This document shows positions 40,894 to 49,531 of a DNA stretch of 64,000 bases, one piece after another (within the stretch, counting starts at the first letter, position 1; the number at the start of each line of letters is the position of its first letter). Source of the DNA: Nitrospinales bacterium (lineage in GTDB: Bacteria; Nitrospinota; Nitrospinia; Nitrospinales; VA-1); assembly GCA_965223795.1 (NCBI GenBank), contig CBDCXL010000002.1, positions 1,376,001-1,440,000 of the forward strand. Reading direction: 5' to 3'. The position numbers were made by a program, and so were the translations under genes. The notes beneath the pieces are model-generated. The model ran no database searches. It saw only the letters and a list, made by a program, of their open reading frames with translations, and was not told where the DNA came from.

Positions 40894-42213
40894 TGGGCTT
40901 CGCGGCTGGGGTTCATCCTCGCGGCGTCGGGTTCGGCCATCGGCCTGGGCAACATCTGGAAGTTTCCCTACATCACCGGGCAGAACGGCGGCGGCGCGTT
41001 CGTGCTGATCTATCTGCTGTGCATTTTCGTGGTGGGGCTGCCCATCATGCTCTCGGAATTCACGCTCGGCCGCAAAACCCAGCTCAACCCGGTGGGCGCG
41101 TTCGATACGCTCAAGCCCAAATCCCCCTGGGTGGGCATCGGTTTCATGGGCGTGCTGGCGGGGTTTCTCATCCTTTCCTTTTACGGCGTGGTCGGCGGCT
41201 GGACGCTGGCCTACGTCGTCAAGTCGGTCACGCAGTCGGCGCTGGCGTTCGACGACCCGCAGGCGGCGGGCGCGTTTTTCGGCAAGTTCATCGGCAACAC
41301 GGGTGAGGTGCTGTTCTACCACGCGCTGTTCATGTCGATCTGCATCGGCATCGTCATCAAGGGCGTGCACGGCGGCATCGAAAGAGCCTGCGACATCCTG
41401 ATGCCGACGCTGTTCGTCATCCTGCTTTTGTTGATGGTGCGTTCGCTCACGCTTCCGGGTGCGATGGAGGGCGTGAAGTTTTACCTCTACCCCGATTTCA
41501 GCAAGATCTCTCCCACCGTCATCCTCACCGCCATGGGGCAGGCGTTCTTCTCGCTCAGCCTGGGCATGGGCGCCATGCTCACGTACGGCAGCTACCTGTC
41601 GGGCAGGGAAAACCTCACTTCGGTGACGGTGTATGTGGTGCTGTTCGACACGATGATCGCGCTGCTGGTGGGCATGGTGATCTTCCCGGCGGTGTTCGCG
41701 ATGGGCCTGGAACCGGCGGAAGGGCCGAGCCTGGTGTTCAACGTGCTGCCGGCGGTGTTTTCCAGCATGCCGATGGGATCGCTGTTCGCGATCATCTTCT
41801 TCGCGCTGCTGGTCATCGCCGCGGTGACGTCCGGCATCTCGCTTCTGGAAGTGGTGGTGGCCTACTTCATCGACCAGAAAGGCTGGAGCCGCAAGAAGGC
41901 GGTGCTCACCGTGGGTTCGGTCATCTTCGCGTTCGGCGTGCCTTCGGGGCTTTCGTTCGGCGTGATGAACGACGTGAAATTCATGGGTATGACGTTCTTC
42001 GACAACGTGGACAACATCGCTTCCAACTACCTGCTGCCGCTCGGCGGCATGCTGACGGCGATTTTCGTCGGCTGGGTCTGGGGCACGAAGGCGGCGGAAG
42101 AGGAAATTGAAAAACACGAAACCAAATTCCACTGGGCGCACGCCTGGGGCATCCTGATCCGCTACGTCACGCCGGTCGCCGTCGCCTGCGTGTTCCTCGC
42201 GCATTTCTTCTGA
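40861..42213 (+). CDS. Sodium-dependent transporter, NSS/SNF family
   Basis: GSAIGLGNIWKFPY, NGGGAF, QAFFSLSLGMG, TYGSY, GPSLVF. Confidence 0.95.
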   Translation: MKTGNGSQRGFWASRLGFILAASGSAIGLGNIWKFPYITGQNGGGAFVLIYLLCIFVVGLPIMLSEFTLGRKTQLNPVGAFDTLKPKSPWVGIGFMGVLAGFLILSFYGVVGGWTLAYVVKSVTQSALAFDDPQAAGAFFGKFIGNTGEVLFYHALFMSICIGIVIKGVHGGIERACDILMPTLFVILLLLMVRSLTLPGAMEGVKFYLYPDFSKISPTVILTAMGQAFFSLSLGMGAMLTYGSYLSGRENLTSVTVYVVLFDTMIALLVGMVIFPAVFAMGLEPAEGPSLVFNVLPAVFSSMPMGSLFAIIFFALLVIAAVTSGISLLEVVVAYFIDQKGWSRKKAVLTVGSVIFAFGVPSGLSFGVMNDVKFMGMTFFDNVDNIASNYLLPLGGMLTAIFVGWVWGTKAAEEEIEKHETKFHWAHAWGILIRYVTPVAVACVFLAHFF

Positions 42214-42317
42214 TCCGCAATCCGCTTTTTTTACTCCTCCAAACAACGCTGGACGCCGCGCCGCACTCCACCTTAAGATAGTCGTTCCCTATCATCCGCG
42301 ATCAACAGGAGAGAACG

Positions 42318-42539
42318 ATGGCGCAGAAAGAATACAAGGTGGAGATCGTCAAGGAAGGCGCAATAGGAACGCTGTTTCTCGGAGCCAGCAAACTTCCGGT
42401 GGACAAACTGGAGGACACGCTGAACGACTACGGCAAGGAGGGCTGGGAACTGGAATTCATGGTGATCGAGAGCCACCGGTTCCTGCTGTTCTGGACCCGG
42501 GAAGCGGCGATCATCACGCTGTCCCGGCCGCGCGTCTGA
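42318..42539 (+). CDS. DUF4177-like small protein
   Basis: EYKV...LEDTLNDYGKEGWEL. AGGAGA RBS. Confidence 0.75.
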   Translation: MAQKEYKVEIVKEGAIGTLFLGASKLPVDKLEDTLNDYGKEGWELEFMVIESHRFLLFWTREAAIITLSRPRV

Positions 42540-42754
42540 GCCGCGAGTTCCACCAACGCCTCTTTCCGGGCACAAGCCGTTGAACCTGCAGTGCGCCGCG
42601 CTGCGATGCAGGGCCGGGTTTCATTGGGCAGCCTCGTGATTTTCGTGGTTCTGGCGGCTCTCAAGCGCGGACGGAAGACAGAATCTTTTTTCCCCGGCGG
42701 CGGGCTGCAGGCGTACAATAAAAAGGTACTGAGAAATTTCAGAGGAACGCTGTC

Positions 42755-43153
42755 ATGAAACGCGCATTGCCGATGATCGTTGTGCTTGCGGTGCTGGCCT
42801 GGGCCCCCGCGGTGTGGGGGCAGAGCGCGGACGCCTGCAAGACGCCGTTCATCCCCAACAATATTTTCAAGTTTCTGCTCAACTACACGCCCACCCTGGA
42901 GTGGATCGCCCAGTCTCAGGACGAAACCTGCCGCTCTCCCTTCATCGCCAAGCTCAAGGAAAATGTGAACAACACCTGGGTGATGACGCAGGGCTGCATC
43001 GACGTAACGATCGACGACATCGAACTTGCTGAGAAACAGCGCAGGGTCGCCACCCAAATGTCAAGCCAGGAGAAGGCGCTTGCCATAGAGAAGCTGGACC
43101 GGGATTTTCCCAAACCGGTGGACAAGACTTCTTCGCAAAACGGAGAGGGTTGA
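42755..43153 (+). CDS. Hypothetical exported protein
   Basis: GAGGA RBS, signal peptide, three Cys in the mature part. Confidence 0.65.
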   Translation: MKRALPMIVVLAVLAWAPAVWGQSADACKTPFIPNNIFKFLLNYTPTLEWIAQSQDETCRSPFIAKLKENVNNTWVMTQGCIDVTIDDIELAEKQRRVATQMSSQEKALAIEKLDRDFPKPVDKTSSQNGEG

Positions 43154-43162
43154 AACTTCTGA

Positions 43163-44017
43163 TCAGAAAGGGGGTCCGAGTTTTCCCTGAACCGCTGCGC
43201 GGTATTCCTTTGCGAAACGGGGCAGGTTGAGGTCTTTGGGATGGTCCTGCAGATGGCCGAGCAATCGCCGGTAGCGCTGTTCCGCGCCGGGTTGCTTGTT
43301 CAACCAGGCGGGACCGTTCGCGGCGCGCGCGAGCATGCGTTTTTCCAGCACGGGTTTCAGCCCGCCGGGATGGTAACCCAGGCGGCGTGCGTATTGCGCG
43401 GCCTTGCGATCCGCCGCGAATTCCTGTTCCGCATCGAGCCCCCGCTCAAAAATGAGGATTGCCGCCCGATCCGTCAGCCGCTTGAGCGCAGTGGTGTTCC
43501 CGTCCGCCCCCATCGGCATCAGCGCGGCGGGGAACGGTGAGTTTTTTTCCAGCGTTGCCAGCGCGTGCCGTTCGCTGATGTGCGCGACCGCGCGCCCCAG
43601 CACCGCCGCCAGCTGCGACTCGTCATTCAACAGTTTGAGCATCCCGCGGCTCACGAACACGTAACCTCCGGGCAGACCGAGAGAAAAGGGCGTATCGTCC
43701 GCCAGCACGGTGAACCGGTATTCGACACCGGCGCGTTCGGCCATCTGCGCCACCGCCTGCCCGACGAGGGCGACGTAGCGTTGCAGCGCGGCGTCCTGCA
43801 CAGCCGGGCCGTGCTCGCGGAACACGCGGACGGCGAGCGCCCGGCCGATCCAGCGTTCCTCTTTCATCCCGATGGGAGCCGAGTAGCTCAGGGGCCGCAC
43901 CGGGCCGATGCCGGGCCCGACGCCCGCGCCGCCCGAGACAACAGGGCCGCCGGCGCAGGCGGTGAGCGTGAACAGAATGGCGCCGCACAGTAAATACGTT
44001 TTCACTTCAAACTGCAT
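43163..44017 (-). CDS. M48-family peptidase homologue (lipoprotein) with degenerate zinc motif
   Basis: LTAC lipobox, LPGGYVFVSRG, ESQLAAVLGRAVAH in place of HExxH, QEFAAD. Confidence 0.8.
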   Translation of the reverse strand: MQFEVKTYLLCGAILFTLTACAGGPVVSGGAGVGPGIGPVRPLSYSAPIGMKEERWIGRALAVRVFREHGPAVQDAALQRYVALVGQAVAQMAERAGVEYRFTVLADDTPFSLGLPGGYVFVSRGMLKLLNDESQLAAVLGRAVAHISERHALATLEKNSPFPAALMPMGADGNTTALKRLTDRAAILIFERGLDAEQEFAADRKAAQYARRLGYHPGGLKPVLEKRMLARAANGPAWLNKQPGAEQRYRRLLGHLQDHPKDLNLPRFAKEYRAAVQGKLGPPF

Positions 44018-44091
44018 CCCTAAGGCTCGCTCTCAAAAAAAGAAATCACACGGGTATTTCAGAAACGTTTTCGCATTCATCCCAATCCATT

Positions 44092-44643
44092 TCACGGGCC
44101 GCCGGACGCATCCTGCCGGTACTCGCCCAGACCGCGTGCGGACAGAAAGGCGTCGACCTCCTGCGGCGTCACCTTCGGCGTTTCCATCGCCTCGACCGCC
44201 TGAATGGAGGCGTCGTCCGCACCGCCTGCGCGTTCCGGCTCATCGAGCAGCGGCTTGAGGCCGCGGATCATGGAACCGGAATCCGCTTCCTTCGCGGTGA
44301 TGACCGGGCCGCCGCCGAGCACGCCCCAGATTCCCGGATCGAAGTCCGGGTCCACGGGCGCGTTGCGGGTGAGCTTGAATTTGTACACCCAGCCCGTTCC
44401 GCCTTCAGGCAGGGACACTTGATAAAAGATGCGGGATTTTTTCAGCACGTCCACGGCCGCGCCGATCTCGAGCGTGCGCACAACGGGCGCTCGGGCCGAG
44501 GCCGCCGCGTGCATCCGGGTGCCGGACCGCTTCACATACAGCGTTTCACTGTGCGCCGCTTTCGGGAACACCCATTCACCCAGCAAAATTGCGCCGATAA
44601 AAAATAGAAAAGCGGATTTATCCCGGAATCGGTTTGCGGTCAT
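44092..44643 (-). CDS. Exported SH3b-domain protein
   Basis: Signal peptide, then an SH3b-like pattern ending GGTGWV. Confidence 0.65.
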   Translation of the reverse strand: MTANRFRDKSAFLFFIGAILLGEWVFPKAAHSETLYVKRSGTRMHAAASARAPVVRTLEIGAAVDVLKKSRIFYQVSLPEGGTGWVYKFKLTRNAPVDPDFDPGIWGVLGGGPVITAKEADSGSMIRGLKPLLDEPERAGGADDASIQAVEAMETPKVTPQEVDAFLSARGLGEYRQDASGGP

Positions 44644-44670
44644 TTAGTTTGAGACGCGGTCGATGGAACT

Positions 44671-45780
44671 CTAAGGAACGGGCTGGTGCTGGAATTTCTG
44701 GCCGCGGCAGACGAGGTCGAGGGCGGGAACGGTGACTTCCTTGCCGTGGCAGGCTTCGACCTGGCCGATGACGCGGCAGTCCACTTCATGCTCTCTGGCG
44801 ATGGCGGCGGCGTCTTCGGCTTCGCGGGTGCCCTCGACGAGGAGGCAGAATCCGGTGCCCATGTTGAACACTTCGTGCATCTCGGCGTCGCTCACTTCGC
44901 CGCGGTCCTGGATGAGCTGGAACACCGGCAGCGCGGGCGGCGGCGCGTCGATGACGAAACGGATGTTCTCCGCCGCGACGCGGTTGAGGTTGCCGTAGCC
45001 GCCGCTGGTGATGTGCACCATGGCGTTGAGGCCGATGCCGGCGTCGAGCATGTCGAGCACGGGCTTGACGTAGATGCGGGTCGGCTCCAGCAGCTCCTCG
45101 CCGACGGTGCGGCCGAGCTTGTCCTCGAACTGGTTGACGGCGTCTTTCTGTTCCTCCCAGGTGGCGCCGAGCAGCACTTTGCGGGCGAGGGTGAGGCCGT
45201 TGGAATGCACGCCGGTGGCGGCCAGCCCGAGGATCAGGTTGCCGGGGCGGACGTTTTTTCCGATGTTGATCTGATCCAGGGCAACGTGGCCGATGCAGGC
45301 GCCGATGAGGTCGATGCCGCTGATGATCTCGCGGATCTGCGAGATCTCGCCGCCGGAGATGCTGACGCCCGCCTGCCAGGCGCCTTCGGCGAGGCCCTTG
45401 CCCAATTGGGCGAATACGTCTTCGTCGGTGAACGAGCAGGCGATGTAGTCGACCAGGCTGACGGGACGCGCGCCGACGCAGAGGACGTCGTTGACGTTCA
45501 TGGCGACGCAGTCGATGCCGATGGTGTCGTATTTCTGCATGAGCTCGGCGACGAGCACTTTGGTGCCGACGCCGTCGGTGCCGAAAGCGATGCCCTGGCC
45601 CGCGCCGATGTCGATGACGTTGGCGAAGTAGCCGATGTCCGCCGCCAGCGGATAACGCTCGTTGTAACTGCGGCTGGGGAGGATGTGCCGCAGCAGGCCG
45701 GACAGCGCTCCTTCCGCGCCTTTGCTGTCCACGCCGCTTTCCGCGTACCGGGACGTTTCTGTGAATTCGGATTTGCTCAT
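44671..45780 (-). CDS. purM: Phosphoribosylformylglycinamidine cyclo-ligase (AIR synthase)
   Basis: YAESGVD, TDGVGTK, DCVAMNVND, GVHSNG, LLEPTRIY, HITSGG, FNMGTG. Confidence 0.95.
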   Translation of the reverse strand: MSKSEFTETSRYAESGVDSKGAEGALSGLLRHILPSRSYNERYPLAADIGYFANVIDIGAGQGIAFGTDGVGTKVLVAELMQKYDTIGIDCVAMNVNDVLCVGARPVSLVDYIACSFTDEDVFAQLGKGLAEGAWQAGVSISGGEISQIREIISGIDLIGACIGHVALDQINIGKNVRPGNLILGLAATGVHSNGLTLARKVLLGATWEEQKDAVNQFEDKLGRTVGEELLEPTRIYVKPVLDMLDAGIGLNAMVHITSGGYGNLNRVAAENIRFVIDAPPPALPVFQLIQDRGEVSDAEMHEVFNMGTGFCLLVEGTREAEDAAAIAREHEVDCRVIGQVEACHGKEVTVPALDLVCRGQKFQHQPVP

Positions 45781-45973
45781 GGGCTCCCGCCGTAACGCCG
45801 CTTTTAGGAAGCGGACGGCCGATCTTAAGGCACCGCAACAGGCGGCGAGGGTGCGCGGCGCCTTCGGGTTGCGAAAGTTCGGCTTATCTTAGCATTAAAC
45901 GGCGGTGGCGTCAGCGGAGAGTTGCGCGAACGCGAAATCGGTGTGGATGCCGGTGAGGGAACTTGCGTGCCTA

Positions 45974-47398
45974 TCAGGGATACACGCCCATGGTGCGGTA
46001 GCTGTTGTGGATCTTTTCGATGGCGAGCGCCATGGCGGCGACGCGGAAACTTTCGATGGCGTCGTTTTTCCAGTAGTAGTCGCGGATCTCGTTCCACGCC
46101 TTGCGCATGGTGTCGTCGAGTCCGGAGCGGACCAGGTCGATCTCCTCGGAGCCCTGGCAGATTTCTTTGGCCAGCGCCGGGGGAACGGTGTGCCCGGAAC
46201 CTTCGATGGCTTTGAGCAGAAGCAGGTTTTTGCTTTCCTCATAGCGGCGCTGGATGCGGCCGAAGCGGATGTGCGACAGGTTTTTGATCCACTCGAAATA
46301 GGAGACGATGACGCCTCCCGCGTTGAGGTAGACATCGGGGATGCTGGCCACGCCCTTTTCGCGCAGGATGGCTTCGGCGGCGAAGGTGACCGGCCCGTTG
46401 GCGGCTTCGGCGATGAGCCTGGCCTTGATGCGGGCGGCGTTCTGCTGATTGATGACGCCTTCCATCGCGGCGGGGATCAGGATGTCGCATTCGTGTTCGA
46501 GCACGGATTTGCCGTCTTCGACGTACTGCGCCCGGCTGTAGCCTTTGACGCCGCCGTTGGCCACTTTGTGCTGGTACACGGCTTCCACGTCCAGGCATTC
46601 GGAACTGATGAGCGCGCCGTCGTGCTCGATGATGCCGACGATCTTGGCGCCGTCTTCCTCCTGCAGGATTTTCGCGGTGTAGTAGCCGACGTTGCCCAGG
46701 CCCTGCACGATGATGCGCTTGCCTTCGAGGCCGCCTGTGAGTTTGGCGAGCTTGGCGTCTTCGGGATTGCGGAAGAATTCCCGCAGCCCGAACACCACGC
46801 CGCGGCCGGTCGCTTCCACGCGGCCCTGGATGCCGCCCATGGAGACGGGCTTGCCGGTGACGCAGGCCAGGTGGTCGATGTCGTTGGGCTTGTGCGAGGT
46901 GTAGGTGCTGACGATCCAGGCCATCTCTCTCTGGCCGGTGCCCATGTCGGGTGCGGGCACGTTGGTTCCGGAACCGATGTAATCTTTCTGAATGAGTTCG
47001 AAGGCGAACCGGCGCGTGATGCGCTCCATGGTTTCGCGGTCGTATTTCTGCGGGTCGATCAGCAGGCCGCCTTTCGAGCCGCCGAAAGGCACGTCGACGA
47101 GGGCGCATTTGTAGGACATGAGCGCCGCCAGGGCTTCCACTTCGTCCTGATCCACCATGGGGGAAAACCGGATGCCGCCTTTCACCGGCAGTTTGTGGTC
47201 GCTGTGCACAGCGCGCCAGCCGATGAAGGTTTCGATCCTGCCGTCGATCTTGACGGGGAACCGGACCTGGTACACGTTGTTGACGTTGCGGATGAACTGG
47301 GCCATTCCTTCGGGAATGTCCAGCACCGCACGGGCCAGATCGAAACTGAAATTCACGCTCTCCTTAAAACCGATTTCTTTTACCGGTGGCACGGACAT
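45974..47398 (-). CDS. gdhA: Glutamate dehydrogenase (Glu/Leu/Phe/Val DH family)
   Basis: KGGIRF, MSYKCA, PFGGSKGG, VPAPDMGT, QGLGNVG, EAANGP, NAGGVIVSYFEW. Confidence 0.92.
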   Translation of the reverse strand: MSVPPVKEIGFKESVNFSFDLARAVLDIPEGMAQFIRNVNNVYQVRFPVKIDGRIETFIGWRAVHSDHKLPVKGGIRFSPMVDQDEVEALAALMSYKCALVDVPFGGSKGGLLIDPQKYDRETMERITRRFAFELIQKDYIGSGTNVPAPDMGTGQREMAWIVSTYTSHKPNDIDHLACVTGKPVSMGGIQGRVEATGRGVVFGLREFFRNPEDAKLAKLTGGLEGKRIIVQGLGNVGYYTAKILQEEDGAKIVGIIEHDGALISSECLDVEAVYQHKVANGGVKGYSRAQYVEDGKSVLEHECDILIPAAMEGVINQQNAARIKARLIAEAANGPVTFAAEAILREKGVASIPDVYLNAGGVIVSYFEWIKNLSHIRFGRIQRRYEESKNLLLLKAIEGSGHTVPPALAKEICQGSEEIDLVRSGLDDTMRKAWNEIRDYYWKNDAIESFRVAAMALAIEKIHNSYRTMGVYP

Positions 47399-47746
47399 GA
47401 CGGTTTCCTTAATTGTTGGACATTGGGGACCGGCCTGCGGACCCAAAAGTTTGTAAATTTCAATAAGTTATCGAATAACTTCAGTATAAGCAAAAAGTCG
47501 TGCCAGCAAAGCCTTATTTTTCAATGTGAAAGCTGACCGGCTCACAACCCGTGATTTTTCAAGGAATCACCCTGAATTTTACACTAAATGACTTTGTAAA
47601 AATTGAACGGAAACCCGCTTTTTCAGGCCGATTGCCCTGCACGGCCCGCGCCTGTGTGGACAACCGGGGTGGAAACCGTTATCCTGAGATTATTAACTCT
47701 TTTAAATTCAATTGTCCATTGCCGGTATTCCGAGCCGGCGTCCTCT

Positions 47747-48166
47747 ATGATTCAGGTCACGCAGCGGATTTCGATCGCCACAAAAGGGAAGGGGCTCTAC
47801 AACATTCAGCGGGAAATCGACACCTGGCTGGCGCAGCAGAACATCCGCACCGGCCTTTTGACCGTTTTCATCCGCCACACTTCGGCCTCGCTGGTGGTGC
47901 AGGAAAACGCCGATCCGGATGTGTTGAAGGATCTGAAGGATTTTTTTCAGCGTCTGGTTCCGGAGGGCGATCCCGCCTACCGGCACTCGTCGGAAGGACC
48001 GGACGACATGCCGGCTCACATCCGCGCGGTGCTCAGCCAGACCCAGCTTGCGGTGCCGGTCGTGCAGGGGCGGCTGGAACTGGGAACCTGGCAGGACATC
48101 TACGTTTTCGAACACCGCACCTCGCCGCACCGGCGGGAAGTGGCGCTTCATCTTTTAGGCGAATGA
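47747..48166 (+). CDS. yjbQ: YjbQ / UPF0047 family protein
   Basis: HTSASLVVQENADPDV, EGPDDMPAH, LGTWQDIY..EHR. Confidence 0.9.
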   Translation: MIQVTQRISIATKGKGLYNIQREIDTWLAQQNIRTGLLTVFIRHTSASLVVQENADPDVLKDLKDFFQRLVPEGDPAYRHSSEGPDDMPAHIRAVLSQTQLAVPVVQGRLELGTWQDIYVFEHRTSPHRREVALHLLGE

Positions 48167-48202
48167 AGCGGAATTGAATACCGGCAGACCTGGAGTGCAA
48201 CA

Positions 48203-49063
48203 ATGTTGGCATCTTCACATCTCAGCGTGAATTCAGGAACCCCGCGCAATTGGAATCCGCGGGGGATCGCCCTTGCAGCCGCGTTCGCCTTTTTTCTCGC
48301 GCTGTCGGGCTGCGGCAACGATCCCGCCACTGAATCCGATGGCAATCCGAACGCAGTGAAAGAGCACCCCAAGATCGCCAAAGCGCGTGAACTGGTGCGA
48401 GAGAAGGATTACGAAGGCGCCATCGTCGCTGTTCATGAAATCCTCACCAAGGAAAAGGACAACGTCGATGCGCTGGCGTTTACGGGATATGTCTATTTGA
48501 AACAGGGCCGTCTTAGGGACGCGCGCGAGTGGTCGGAGCGGGCGCTCAAACTCGACGCGTACCTGGCGCTTCCGCTTGCGGTGAAAGCCGGCGTGGACTT
48601 TAAGACGCGCCGCTTCGACTCCGCGTTGGAACAGGCGCGCAAGGCGCTGCTCATCGACCCGAAGACCGCGCTGGCGTACCAGATCATCGGAGACATTTAT
48701 CTGAGACGCGGCTACATGGAACAAAGCGTCCAGGTTCTCGAGCAGGCGGCGGCACTGGAACCGGACGACGCCGAACTGCTCAATATTTTGAGTTCGGCGT
48801 ATCTGAAAACGAAAAACCATCCCGCCGCTCTGAAAGTCCTGCTCAAGGCCGTCGAGCTGGACCAGCAGATGCCGGGGGTGCATCTGAACCTCGCTCTGAC
48901 CTACGCGGCGATGGGTGAAGGCATGCCGGCGCTCAAGCACATCGGCATCTCGGAGGTCCTTTATGTGGAAGCCGAGAGCAAGCAATGGGTGGCCAAGGTG
49001 CGGGACGTGCGGCGCAACATCGAAAGAAAATTCAACGTGTCGCCGGAGCAGGTGACGCACTGA
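48203..49063 (+). CDS. TPR-repeat lipoprotein
   Basis: LSGC lipobox followed by TPR units. Confidence 0.82.
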   Translation: MLASSHLSVNSGTPRNWNPRGIALAAAFAFFLALSGCGNDPATESDGNPNAVKEHPKIAKARELVREKDYEGAIVAVHEILTKEKDNVDALAFTGYVYLKQGRLRDAREWSERALKLDAYLALPLAVKAGVDFKTRRFDSALEQARKALLIDPKTALAYQIIGDIYLRRGYMEQSVQVLEQAAALEPDDAELLNILSSAYLKTKNHPAALKVLLKAVELDQQMPGVHLNLALTYAAMGEGMPALKHIGISEVLYVEAESKQWVAKVRDVRRNIERKFNVSPEQVTH

Positions 49064-49531
49064 GGGCGTTTTCGCCGCCTCTGCCGGACTCCCCTGCGCG
49101 ATCGAAAAAGCGCAGCCCTTTGATTTTCAACCATCTTCCTTCTAATCACCGCTTATTGGAGCTTCGAAAGATCGACATCCCCATTCCCAGGCTGTAAACC
49201 GCGGAACCGCAACTGTTTTGCATCCCACACCGAATTTCTGCGCTCTCGGAAAGTCGAATTAAGTCAATGGATTACTAGACTTGTCCGAACTATTCATTTA
49301 CAATAACCCTTAAAATATCTTCATTTACATTACTTTAGAATTCAGTTTGTCGTGGTGGAAGGATGTGTTGTTTACCACCACGAAGCATCCGCATGCAGGA
49401 GTGTGTGCAGAATAAATATTCGTTCGCGAAATTCGCGAGCGCTCGCTTGCGAACGGATACTTGCAACCCGAAAACGTGCGATCGCGTTTTTGTAACCCGC
49501 AACTGTTTTGATTGCAACGGCACGTTGTCTC

